Origin: a virus
Lineage: Duplodnaviria; Heunggongvirae; Uroviricota; Caudoviricetes
DNA: 64,000 nucleotides
Reading direction: 5' to 3' (one strand)
Virus record (IMG/VR): IMGVR_UViG_3300018414_000006
Location: 1 to 64,000 of that record
The notes under the pieces: model-generated
The model's input: the letters and a program-made list of their open reading frames with translations, nothing else
Database searches by the model: none
What the model was told of the DNA's origin: nothing
Translations under genes and position numbers: made by a program
Part shown: positions 1-8,147 of the stretch, in pieces
Position numbering within the stretch: position 1 is the first letter of the stretch
How the letters are laid out: each line of letters starts with the position of its first letter

Positions 1-123
1 GGTTTCAAGGAACTGATATTCAATTTCTGAATGCTGTTAAAGAAAAACATGGTTTAGATTCTAAAATCGGCAAAGAGTATTCAATGATGATTGAACTGGC
101 TGGTTTTAGAATTCTAGGTTAAT
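1..123 (+). CDS. 3' end of a hexapeptide-repeat (beta-helix) paralog family protein; the 5' part lies outside the window
   Basis: The frame-3 translation ...FQGTDIQFLNAVKEKHGLDSKIGKEYSMMIELAGFRILG* closely matches the C-termini of ORFs 17764..18489 and 18991..19695, and ends in the same 'agaattctaggttaa' context. Confidence 0.6.
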
Positions 124-159
124 CGTAATAAACGTTCTCCTAACGTAACGGAGTTTAAA

Positions 160-612
160 ATGCAGATTTTTACTCATTTTTCTAACGATGATGTTTCAAC
201 AGTGACCATGCGACTTTCAAAACATGAATATGCATCTTTGCATAATTTTATGCATATGTCAGAAGAAGAGTCGTGCATACGTTTTCCCGGTACACGTCTT
301 TGCTATCGTTCTATGGGTTGGTATCGTATTGAGGCACGAAATGCTCATAATACCGTGACAAAACTCAAAACTTCAGTTGCTATCATAAAACGCTGGTTCA
401 GCGAGTATCAAAGAGCAAATCAGAATGATTGCAAACTGAATGAAATTCGCACAAAACACAACATGCAAAGTATCGCATATGTAGATAATGGTTCGATGTG
501 CGGAAAGTATTTTGTGCAAAATCAGAATAATCAGGAAGTATTCGCACTTGATAAATTTAAACCCGCAGATCAGAAAAGTTTACAGACACTGCTGAATCAT
601 TTTAATCGTTAA
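160..612 (+). CDS. hypothetical protein (150 aa)
   Basis: Intact ORF preceded by the conserved leader ctaacgtaacggag + 8 nt + ATG, which recurs before several early genes. Confidence 0.5.
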   Translation: MQIFTHFSNDDVSTVTMRLSKHEYASLHNFMHMSEEESCIRFPGTRLCYRSMGWYRIEARNAHNTVTKLKTSVAIIKRWFSEYQRANQNDCKLNEIRTKHNMQSIAYVDNGSMCGKYFVQNQNNQEVFALDKFKPADQKSLQTLLNHFNR

Positions 613-627
613 AAAACGAGTTCAATC

Positions 628-975
628 ATGAAAAATTTCATAGCACAGCTTTTCGGCAAGGCGATTTTCAATAAACCCTGTTACAGTGTTGAATATCATC
701 AATCGCACTGGATTGTTCTAGTACGTAATCCGGGTAATAAAAACTGGTCCTGTCTTCGTGATCATGCTATGAGTGTGCGCGAATACAATGAATTTGGGGA
801 AGAAATTGGAAAACGTCCTGCAATACGCCCATTTGCTTCTTATCATGAAGCTGAAGAATGGGTCAGGAAAAATTCTTCCGATGTTGAACCTCGACTAGTG
901 CGACGTTCTCAATCAGATGTTATTGCACTTGAACATCGACTTGGTGCACGAAAGCGTATTTCCATGAATGAGTAA
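628..975 (+). CDS. hypothetical protein (115 aa)
   Basis: ORF with an AAAACGAG ribosome-binding site upstream; no recognisable motif. Confidence 0.4.
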   Translation: MKNFIAQLFGKAIFNKPCYSVEYHQSHWIVLVRNPGNKNWSCLRDHAMSVREYNEFGEEIGKRPAIRPFASYHEAEEWVRKNSSDVEPRLVRRSQSDVIALEHRLGARKRISMNE

Positions 976-1019
976 AATTCTGCAATTCGCACAATCCTTA
1001 ATTATATGAAGGTTATACT

Positions 1020-1331
1020 ATGGTAATAAATGCTCGATTGATTCCTGAAAAGGGCGCAAAAATTCTTATCAATCCAGAAAAGGATCTTTTTCTTTCTTCG
1101 GATGAAAGAACCTGGATGTGTCGTATTCTGTACGATCCCACACTTAATAAATGGCTTATTGCTTCGCATTTTAATTCAGAAACAGGTCGATGGAAATCTG
1201 TCACATCACATCAAAAGATTGGCATGATCATATTTCTTAATGATGAACCTCTTCCTACAGATACACATGTACAGATCAGTTCTATCAAAAGAGGTGGTAC
1301 CGCAGCATACGGAGATCTGATCTGTGAATAG
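1020..1331 (+). CDS. hypothetical protein (103 aa)
   Basis: ORF only. Confidence 0.35.
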   Translation: MVINARLIPEKGAKILINPEKDLFLSSDERTWMCRILYDPTLNKWLIASHFNSETGRWKSVTSHQKIGMIIFLNDEPLPTDTHVQISSIKRGGTAAYGDLICE

Positions 1332-1992
1332 AAGTCTGATTAAGGCAAATCATGTTTTTGATCTAGTGCGTGAGTATCGTGTTTCTTTGCTCAAAGAAAA
1401 AGTTTGTGTTTCTCGAAAACGTTTTCAGGTACTGTACAATGCATTGATGAAGATTTCTGCATTCTACATTGATGCATTGCCTGAATCCGATGTCATTGTG
1501 CACCTGAGGCGCGATATTCGATTGTCAACAAAAGGAACTCCCGCAACTATTGCACAAGACAGTATCACCAGTGCGGGGTATATTTCTACCGGCACAGAGC
1601 AACTGTATCATGCACAAAGTCATCTTGTGCAATCTGCGTTCAGAAAACTTGCGCCACTTGTTCATCCGGATCGCGGTGGTAGTACTGAACAGTTTCAAAT
1701 GGTACTTGATGCATACAGATTGCGAGATTTGACATTTTTGCAAGAAATGTATCTGTCACTTACAAAAGATAGATTCTGGTGGAATTCGCAGGATGCAATT
1801 GTATATCTGGAACGTGAATTAAAGCGGCCCGATGTCACTCTGGAAATTATTAAAAATTCTGAGCTTTTTCAAATTTTGAAATTTCATCAAGCCGGAAAAA
1901 CAGAAGAGGCAAAAGAATGTGCAAAAAACTATGCTTCTCGTAAAGTTATAGAACTTATGCTTGAATTAAATCATCTTACAAGGAATTTGTAA
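1324..1992 (+). CDS. J-domain (DnaJ-like co-chaperone domain) protein
   Basis: AFRKLAPLVHPDRGGSTEQFQMVLDAYRL matches J-domain helix II, the HPD loop and helix III (compare KLALKYHPDKN...FKEI.EAYEVL). The 3' end overlaps the next start (TAATGG). Confidence 0.55.
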   Translation: MNRSLIKANHVFDLVREYRVSLLKEKVCVSRKRFQVLYNALMKISAFYIDALPESDVIVHLRRDIRLSTKGTPATIAQDSITSAGYISTGTEQLYHAQSHLVQSAFRKLAPLVHPDRGGSTEQFQMVLDAYRLRDLTFLQEMYLSLTKDRFWWNSQDAIVYLERELKRPDVTLEIIKNSELFQILKFHQAGKTEEAKECAKNYASRKVIELMLELNHLTRNL

Positions 1993-2753
1993 TGGCAACT
2001 ACTACACGTGCAGTAGCAGTGAAAACAGGTCCGAAAAATAGAAATGTTCGGAATGTGGTACAAGAGATTGTTCGTGCCAACGTGAAAAAACCCACTACTG
2101 TGACGTCGCGAAAAACATCAATCAAAACGCCACTTGCAACATACGAAGCACCGCCAGATTTCAAACCACATTTTCTTGAAGTGACAGTTCGCACAGAAAA
2201 AGATGGCTTGCTTGCATCTTCTATTAAAGCAACTCGTTATCAGGGACGGTACGATCCAGATGTGGCAGATAATAAAAAAGCGGATCTTGGATCATATGAT
2301 ATTGCTACGTTGATCGGTATTCAGGCACGACTTGCCGGATTTACATACAGATCAAATGCAGAAAAAAAATTGCCAGTTCAAATTAAGGAACGAAATCGTA
2401 CTGAAAAAATTCAAGGTAAACCAAAACTTGTATATCGCACGGCACATAGATTACCACCCAATACCGTTTTCCGTATTCTTTTTCGTGTTTCCCGAAAAGC
2501 AGCAGATGGCAGTCTTTCGATAGGTATGAAACAGGTGGAACAGATTGTAAAAAGTGAAATAAATCGGCCCACACTTGGCAAAGTAAAAACTCGTGAAGAA
2601 ACTGGAAGAACGAAAATTGTTCTTCTGGAAAAAACAGATCCCGTTTTTCGTATGTTTCTGCGTGCGCGGCGCATTCTTCCGGCAGCATTTAAAAATGTCA
2701 TGCTTCCACCAAAGCGTATTCGTGGGAAGAAAGTAGAACAGTCTGAAGATTAA
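1992..2753 (+). CDS. hypothetical basic protein (253 aa)
   Basis: ORF with a lysine/arginine-rich composition. Confidence 0.45.
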   Translation: MATTTRAVAVKTGPKNRNVRNVVQEIVRANVKKPTTVTSRKTSIKTPLATYEAPPDFKPHFLEVTVRTEKDGLLASSIKATRYQGRYDPDVADNKKADLGSYDIATLIGIQARLAGFTYRSNAEKKLPVQIKERNRTEKIQGKPKLVYRTAHRLPPNTVFRILFRVSRKAADGSLSIGMKQVEQIVKSEINRPTLGKVKTREETGRTKIVLLEKTDPVFRMFLRARRILPAAFKNVMLPPKRIRGKKVEQSED

Positions 2754-2761
2754 ATTTTTGT

Positions 2762-2806
2762 AGCGCAGTAAATAGTAGTGTAGTAAATAGTAGTGTAGTA
2801 AATAGT
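2762..2806 (+). repeat. 3 x 15-bp tandem repeat (GTAGTAAATAGTAGT) in the intergenic region upstream of the AT-hook gene
   Basis: Direct reading: gcaGTAAATAGTAGT GTAGTAAATAGTAGT GTAGTAAATAGTAGa. Confidence 0.6.
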
Positions 2807-2855
2807 AGATGTAGCATAGTCGTAATTTTTCATCCTTCTATACACAGGAATTAAA

Positions 2856-3641
2856 ATGGCAATCCGTACTAATAAAAACGCACGCATTCAAGAAGAAACT
2901 CCCGTTCGTCGTGGCCGTGGCCGTCCTCCGAAAAATGCGCCCACCGCACGTCGCACACGTGAGGTAGAAGATGTTGAATACGATGAATCACCGCGTCAAC
3001 GTAAGGCACAACGTGTTCAAGAAGAAACTCCCGTTCGTCGTGGCCGTGGCCGTCCTCCGAAAAATGCGCCCACCGCACGTCGCACACGTGAGGTAGAAGT
3101 TGCTGATGATGAAATCGCAGTTGAACAACATGTGTTTTTGAAAGTGCAATCCTCAGTGCGCGCAGACACTTCGAAAAAACCCACTACCGTAGCGCTTTTC
3201 GGTGAAGGTGGTGTAGTTATTCCTCGGCAGGAAGTTACTGCAATTGTTGGGCAAACTATTTATTTTAACACTGTGCAGCCGCTTGGAAAAATTCTGTCTA
3301 TTCAGACACTAAACGATCGTCTTGTTTATAAGACTGAAGAATCCGGAAATGTAATTGTGATGGATCCCGATCAGTTTTTTATTACCAGTGGTGTTACTGC
3401 ATCGGACAAAGAATCAGAAGAGGATGTTGCACAGTCACATCGAAAATCTGCACGACGCCAAGATCCGGAAGACGACCCGGAAGATGATACCCAAGAATAT
3501 GAGGAAGAGGAAGAAGGTTCAGAAGAATATGATCCAGAATATGAAGAGGGTGATTCCGAAGATGATACTCAAGAATATGAAGACGGAGAAAATGAGGAAG
3601 GTCCAGAAGAAGACGACGATGATGGTTTTCTGGAATTCTAA
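2856..3641 (+). CDS. AT-hook (GRGRPPK) DNA-binding protein with an acidic C-terminal tail; contains an internal tandem duplication
   Basis: The peptide EETPVRRGRGRPPKNAPTARRTREVE occurs twice, with a perfect 84-nt direct repeat at 2887-2970 and 3016-3099 (129-nt period). RGRP is the AT-hook core. The C-terminus is Asp/Glu-rich (DPEDDPEDDTQEYEEEEEGSEEYD...). Confidence 0.7.
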   Translation: MAIRTNKNARIQEETPVRRGRGRPPKNAPTARRTREVEDVEYDESPRQRKAQRVQEETPVRRGRGRPPKNAPTARRTREVEVADDEIAVEQHVFLKVQSSVRADTSKKPTTVALFGEGGVVIPRQEVTAIVGQTIYFNTVQPLGKILSIQTLNDRLVYKTEESGNVIVMDPDQFFITSGVTASDKESEEDVAQSHRKSARRQDPEDDPEDDTQEYEEEEEGSEEYDPEYEEGDSEDDTQEYEDGENEEGPEEDDDDGFLEF

Positions 3642-3653
3642 TAATTAATTGAA

Positions 3654-3686
3654 ATACGGACGGGAAATTTCCCGTCCGTATTTAGG
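3654..3686 (+). terminator. stem-loop (ATACGGACGGG-aaattt-CCCGTCCGTAT) followed by a TTT run
   Basis: Perfect 11-bp inverted repeat 13 nt after the stop codon. Confidence 0.5.
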
Positions 3687-3695
3687 ACATCTCCG

Positions 3696-4013
3696 ATGGA
3701 AAAGAAAGAGCATCTTGCACTATACTCTACAAAATGTAAATCTTGTGCATATCTGTTTCCTGACGAAACCAGGTTCTACAAGACATGTCATTACAAACTA
3801 GGAAACAATGGCAAAGGAAACAGATTTTGTCCCGCTGCTGATTTACAGATTGTCATAGTGGGAAGAATCATGAATCTTGTAAAAATGCTTAAAGCCGCTC
3901 GCTTTAAGAGAGATGCAAAATCCGAAGCTCGTATTTTGGCATCAGTGGCCAAGGAGTCTGAATCTTTTATAGAACGATTCTATCATTATCTAGAAAATGG
4001 AGCTGGTCAATGA
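3696..4013 (+). CDS. hypothetical protein with Cys-x2-Cys pairs (105 aa)
   Basis: ORF containing CKSC...C.HYK; GGACATCTCCGATG ribosome-binding context. Confidence 0.4.
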   Translation: MEKKEHLALYSTKCKSCAYLFPDETRFYKTCHYKLGNNGKGNRFCPAADLQIVIVGRIMNLVKMLKAARFKRDAKSEARILASVAKESESFIERFYHYLENGAGQ

Positions 4014-4753
4014 CTTTCTATGGGGTAACGAAACCCTCATCTGTCGAATCAGAAAAAATTCTCAGACTGGTAAAGATCAAACAGTGGTACATTCCATACG
4101 ATGGGGACTCCTATAAGCTGTTACGTTCAGCGGGAGTTCCCTTGGTTCGTTTTCATGAAAATTTTCTTCCTACGTTACAGCTTTTGTGCAAGAAACACAA
4201 GTTTCGTGGACAGTTGATAAATTTTCGTGAAAAAGTCCTTGAGCCTTTTCTGGATAAAGTTGGAATCACCTTTAATCGAAAACCACATTGCCGCGCTACA
4301 ATAAATACAAAATCCCTAAGATTTGAAACACTAAAACCCGAAGTATTTCAGGCAATGAAAGAAAATACTATTCCCAAGCTGGAAGATGTGCTGTTAGCAT
4401 TTTTTCGACGCTGGGGATACAAAAGCACTTTCAAGTATTCAGAACATCGCGGAAAAATTCTTCTCGTTGTAGATTACTGGTATGATAGTGAAAAACTTCC
4501 CATCATACCGCTAGCAGAATCGCTAGAGGAATTACCTCCGGTACGCATAAAGTTTGGCATGACTCGCATCACTTTGAAGATGGGAGAAAAATATCTGGAA
4601 ACGATTATAGAAGTATCTCAGGGTGGAATATTCAAGACCCTACACACAACACGATGCCTGTATTCACAAATGTCTTCAGTTAAACCAATGATTCATGCTT
4701 TGATGGAAGTTCCCAACAGGGATCAATATAACTTTGATAATTCTGCGGATTGA
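4010..4753 (+). CDS. hypothetical protein (247 aa)
   Basis: ORF with an ATGA overlap onto the upstream gene. Confidence 0.45.
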   Translation: MTFYGVTKPSSVESEKILRLVKIKQWYIPYDGDSYKLLRSAGVPLVRFHENFLPTLQLLCKKHKFRGQLINFREKVLEPFLDKVGITFNRKPHCRATINTKSLRFETLKPEVFQAMKENTIPKLEDVLLAFFRRWGYKSTFKYSEHRGKILLVVDYWYDSEKLPIIPLAESLEELPPVRIKFGMTRITLKMGEKYLETIIEVSQGGIFKTLHTTRCLYSQMSSVKPMIHALMEVPNRDQYNFDNSAD

Positions 4754-4756
4754 ATT

Positions 4757-5029
4757 GTGAAACGAACCCTTCTTGTTGAGAAAGATCCTGATTCCTGCTA
4801 TGGCGCTACGGTATTAGGATTATCCGGATGCTACACATATGGAAACTCGATTGAAGAACTATGCATAAATGCAAAACAGGCGATTCGTTCTCATGTGGAA
4901 ATTATGAGTCAGTGCGATTCTGAAATAGATAATTTGTTTTTGGAATCGGGAATCGAACATTGGAAAAACTGTTTTGATCAGACTTCTCTCATAGAAGTAG
5001 ATGTGAACATTGACGATCTCAAAAATTAA
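4757..5029 (+). CDS. HicB-like (UPF0150) antitoxin-fold protein
   Basis: VEKDPDSCYGATVLGLSGCYTYGNSIEELCINAKQAIRSHVE resembles the HicB N-terminal domain (xEKDEDGGYVAxxPDLPGCxTQGDTLEEALxNAKEAIE). It begins with GTG. Confidence 0.4.
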   Translation: MKRTLLVEKDPDSCYGATVLGLSGCYTYGNSIEELCINAKQAIRSHVEIMSQCDSEIDNLFLESGIEHWKNCFDQTSLIEVDVNIDDLKN

Positions 5030-6680
5030 CATGGCTACTCAAAAACAGTATAATTCTGACAGCATTGAAACTTTACGCTTTCCTGATTCCATTCGAAGAA
5101 ATCCTTCTATGTATCTCGGAAGTGTTGATGCTGACGGTGTGTGGCTTTGCGTAAGAGAATTACTAGATAATGGTCTTGATGAACATCTGGCAGGACGAAA
5201 TGATTCAGTGCATTTTCATGCGGACAATGATGGATCTTTTTGGGTTCTGGATTCTGGACAGGGTGTTCCTCAAGGAGTTAAAAATTATACTACTAACATT
5301 GGTGGTAAAGAAGTAAAACATTCAATGCCCACAATGCAGGCAGTGTTCGGAGAACTTCATACCTCTGGTAAATTTCGAGATGATGCTTACGCTGTTTCAG
5401 TCGGCACACATGGCGTAGGTGCGAAGGGAACTAATGCAACGTCAGATTTTTTTGATGTTCATACATTCTACAAAAATAAATGGTATTCGATTGGTTTCAA
5501 AAAGGGCAAAATTACATCTTCTGTAAAAGAAACCAATGCACCTGTTTTGTGGAATGGTACAAAAGCATCACAGGGAACAGTTATTCACTTCAAGCCAGAT
5601 GCTACTATTTTCACTGCAAAATCCTTCGCACCTAGCAGGATTGTAGAGTGGTCGGAAATCATGGCATATCTGAATCCGGGATTTCGAATCACTGTCAGTT
5701 CTTCAAAAGGAAAGAAGCAATTCTTTTCACGCAAAGGGACTACTGAATACGTCGCACAACGTATGCTCAAGCTGAAAACAGAAGGCGAGCGAACCCTGTT
5801 TGAATATCATGATTCACTTGCGGATATTGTTGTCGCTTTTACAAATCACGATGGTTTTGAAATACGTGGATTTACTAACGGGTTGAATAATAGCCAGGGT
5901 GGCAAGCACGTCGATTCCGTGGTCGGTGCTTTGTACAAAGGGTTGAGTCCTTATATTAAAACTCGCAAGGTACGAGAATCTGGCAAAGTAAAAACTGTTC
6001 CAGTATTTAAAGAAGCGGATCTTAAGGAAGGTCTTGTTGGATTGATTAATGCAAAGTTGCACAAAGCACAATTCAGTTCTCAGGATAAAGCTCGTTTGAC
6101 AGATGATCGTGTCGGAAAAGATTTTGAAGAAACCGTGACTAAAGCCACACTTTCCTTTTTCAGGGAAAACAAAGCTATGGCACTTCGTATCTGCGAACGT
6201 GCTACCAAACTGAATGAGCTTAAAGGTAAGTTCACTCTAAGCAAAAAAGCTGCTGCTACACTTAATGCTGTCAAAAGAAATGGTCTTCCTGCAAAATACG
6301 CACCCTTTAATTCTGCAACTAAAACAGCAGACAGAGAACTTTTTCTTGTGGAAGGCGATTCGGCAGGTGGTTGCTTTTTGGGCAATACACAAATTCGTCT
6401 TAGTGATGGAAGCATTATTTCTTTTGAGGACTTAGAATCCAATAAAAACTTTCCAAAAATTGGTATATCTTGGGATATTGATAAATCACAATTTCTTGAT
6501 ACTGAGTTGAAAGACGTGCGTATTACTAAATACGCACGGCAATTGATTGAACTCACATTTGAAGATGGATCTACTGTGACTTGCACTCCGGATCATCAAT
6601 TTTTAACGGAAAACAGAGGATACGTTGAAGCACAACATTTATGTAGTGACGATATCATACAGCAATACCGGCAGAAATAA
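5010..6680 (+). CDS. Topoisomerase II large subunit (T4 gp39/GyrB-like): N-terminal part fused to a 102-aa N-terminal split-intein fragment
   Basis: GHKL ATPase motifs (ELLDNGLDE, HGVGAKG) run through the TOPRIM motif EGDSAGG. Then come intein block A (CFLGNTQIRLSDGS) and block B (TVTCTPDHQF), followed by a stop. The intein fragment spans 6372..6677. Confidence 0.85.
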   Translation: MTISKINMATQKQYNSDSIETLRFPDSIRRNPSMYLGSVDADGVWLCVRELLDNGLDEHLAGRNDSVHFHADNDGSFWVLDSGQGVPQGVKNYTTNIGGKEVKHSMPTMQAVFGELHTSGKFRDDAYAVSVGTHGVGAKGTNATSDFFDVHTFYKNKWYSIGFKKGKITSSVKETNAPVLWNGTKASQGTVIHFKPDATIFTAKSFAPSRIVEWSEIMAYLNPGFRITVSSSKGKKQFFSRKGTTEYVAQRMLKLKTEGERTLFEYHDSLADIVVAFTNHDGFEIRGFTNGLNNSQGGKHVDSVVGALYKGLSPYIKTRKVRESGKVKTVPVFKEADLKEGLVGLINAKLHKAQFSSQDKARLTDDRVGKDFEETVTKATLSFFRENKAMALRICERATKLNELKGKFTLSKKAAATLNAVKRNGLPAKYAPFNSATKTADRELFLVEGDSAGGCFLGNTQIRLSDGSIISFEDLESNKNFPKIGISWDIDKSQFLDTELKDVRITKYARQLIELTFEDGSTVTCTPDHQFLTENRGYVEAQHLCSDDIIQQYRQK

Positions 6681-6856
6681 GTTCTAATGTGGAAATATTG
6701 TTGTGCCGTAACAATGTCCTTATCGTAAGCAATACAAAATTTCTTATACCATTTCTTGTTCTTGCTCTTAACTGCTATTGCTCGCATCTTAGGATAGTCG
6801 TTCATAGTTTTATTTGGTTGAGGGTGACAAGACATACAACGAAATAAAATTAACAA
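6596..6856 (-). CDS. possible small ORF in the 176-bp gap between the split-intein halves (TTG start; the MSCHPQP... or MNDYPK... form from an internal ATG may be the real one)
   Basis: The only minus-strand ORF that does not overlap a stronger + strand gene. It is Cys/Lys-rich, with no recognisable motif. Its position matches where free-standing endonuclease genes sit in other split-intein loci. Confidence 0.15.
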   Translation of the reverse strand: MLILFRCMSCHPQPNKTMNDYPKMRAIAVKSKNKKWYKKFCIAYDKDIVTAQQYFHIRTYFCRYCCMISSLHKCCASTYPLFSVKN

Positions 6857-8146
6857 ATGAGAATCGTAAATAAACGTAGAATAGAACTACAGAACCCAGT
6901 TCCTGTATACGATCTAACGGTGGATGATTATCATAATTTTGTTTTAGCTAATGGTGCTGTTGTGCATAATAGCGCAAAAGAAGCTCGTTATCAATTTCAG
7001 GCAGTTCTTCCCCTAAAAGGAAAAGTTGCAAATGCTCTAAAAATGGAACAGTCTAAAACTCTGGAATCAGAAGAAATTATCAATATTCTGGCAGCGATTG
7101 GTTATGATATAAAAGCAGCAGATCCATATGCGCGTTTGTCAGTTGGCAAAATTATCTGTCTGGCTGATCCTGATCCTGATGGCCCATTTATCGGAAACAC
7201 GTCAATTCTTATGCGTCCGCCTGGCGCTTTTGAGGGTATTTATAACAAGACTCTTACTATCGAAGAACTGGCCAACGCCAATACTGCTTTTGAAGTACCC
7301 GTGTGGTCTGGTGGCAAACAGATATGGGCATCCGCCAGTGCAAGTTTTATCAAAAATGTAGACCAGATTGTTGCTCTGGAAATTGGTAAAACCAAATTCA
7401 AGGTGGATCTCAATCACAAGTGGATGTGCCTCAATACCAATTCTCTGAAGGGTCGTGAAGTAACGCCTTTCAATGATAATCTGGTGTATGTGAAAGCGAA
7501 AGATCTGCGTGTTGGTGATCGTGTGTTTATGCCATTTAACAATAATAGCAAAAAACCTTCGGAAGTGGATTACAATACGCGATTAGGCTATGCGCCTGTT
7601 TCCAAAATGCGAATTCAGAAACTTGATGAACCTGTACCTGTCTATTGTCTCAATGTACCTCGTTATCATCATTTCATTCTTCCTTCTGGAGTAGTTTCAA
7701 GTAATTGTCACATCAACAGTCTTTTGCTGGCACTGTTCTACAAATATCTTCCAGATCTTTTCACACGAGGAATGATATATGTTTCCGCTGCACCAGAATT
7801 CTATGCAATTCATAAAGGCAATCTGGTAACAGGCGACAGACTTTCTGTGATCAGTGACAAGCTTAAAAAAATTGGAGCATCTGAAAATACACCAATAGTT
7901 CACATTAAAGGCTGGGGAGGAATCAACGCTGACTTGATGCGTATCTTTGCGATGAATCCATCATCAAGAAGACTTATTCAGATAAGAGCTATAGAAAAAG
8001 AAGATCGTGTTGAGTTTGTTAAGCTCATGAATGAAGATGTCGAATTTCGAAGAGAACTTTTTAATCTTCCAATAAATGCAGTCAAAGGATCAGTCAGCAA
8101 AGCAGGAATTATTTCTGCAAAGAATCTTTCTGAAAAGGTGAAATGA
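6857..8146 (+). CDS. Topoisomerase II large subunit (T4 gp60/GyrB C-terminal-like): 38-aa C-terminal split-intein fragment plus C-terminal extein, with a second internal intein
   Basis: MRIVNKRRIELQNPVPVYDLTVDDYHNFVLANGAVVHN|S gives blocks F and G. SAKEARYQFQAVLPLKGKVANALK continues GyrB TOPRIM ([25 protein letters not shown]). DPDPDG is followed by an insert, then CHINSLLLALFYKYLPDL...GMIYVSAAPEF (GyrB: DADVDGSHIRTLLLTFFYR...GHVYIAQPPLY). Confidence 0.85.
   Translation: MRIVNKRRIELQNPVPVYDLTVDDYHNFVLANGAVVHNSAKEARYQFQAVLPLKGKVANALKMEQSKTLESEEIINILAAIGYDIKAADPYARLSVGKIICLADPDPDGPFIGNTSILMRPPGAFEGIYNKTLTIEELANANTAFEVPVWSGGKQIWASASASFIKNVDQIVALEIGKTKFKVDLNHKWMCLNTNSLKGREVTPFNDNLVYVKAKDLRVGDRVFMPFNNNSKKPSEVDYNTRLGYAPVSKMRIQKLDEPVPVYCLNVPRYHHFILPSGVVSSNCHINSLLLALFYKYLPDLFTRGMIYVSAAPEFYAIHKGNLVTGDRLSVISDKLKKIGASENTPIVHIKGWGGINADLMRIFAMNPSSRRLIQIRAIEKEDRVEFVKLMNEDVEFRRELFNLPINAVKGSVSKAGIISAKNLSEKVK
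7184..7705 (+). other. Second, contiguous mini-intein (174 aa) between the TOPRIM DPDPDG motif and CHIN; class-3-like signature
   Basis: The N-terminus PFIGNTSILMRPPG is paralogous to CFLGNTQIRLSDGS but starts with Pro. Block B DLNHKW supplies His plus Trp. Block F PVYCLNVPRYHHF has Cys where intein 1 has Asp (VYDLTV). The C-terminus is GVVSSN with +1 Cys. Confidence 0.55.
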
Positions 8147-8147
8147 A

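Noticed and set aside
2869-3087. Minus-strand ORFs overlapping the AT-hook genes (2869..3087, 12122..12490, 12144..12506)
   Set aside because: They are opposite-strand readings of GC-rich, repeat-containing coding sequence. The + strand genes have ribosome-binding sites, conserved motifs and paralogy.
5585-6586. Minus-strand ORFs inside the topoisomerase gene (5585..5770, 5814..6071, 6080..6586)
   Set aside because: They overlap a plus-strand CDS that has unambiguous GyrB motifs.
6680-6857. T4 gene-60-style translational bypass across the 176-nt gap in the topoisomerase gene
   Set aside because: The upstream ORF ends with a complete N-terminal intein fragment and the downstream ORF starts with an ATG encoding a complete C-terminal fragment. 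This is the architecture of a split intein and does not require ribosome hopping.
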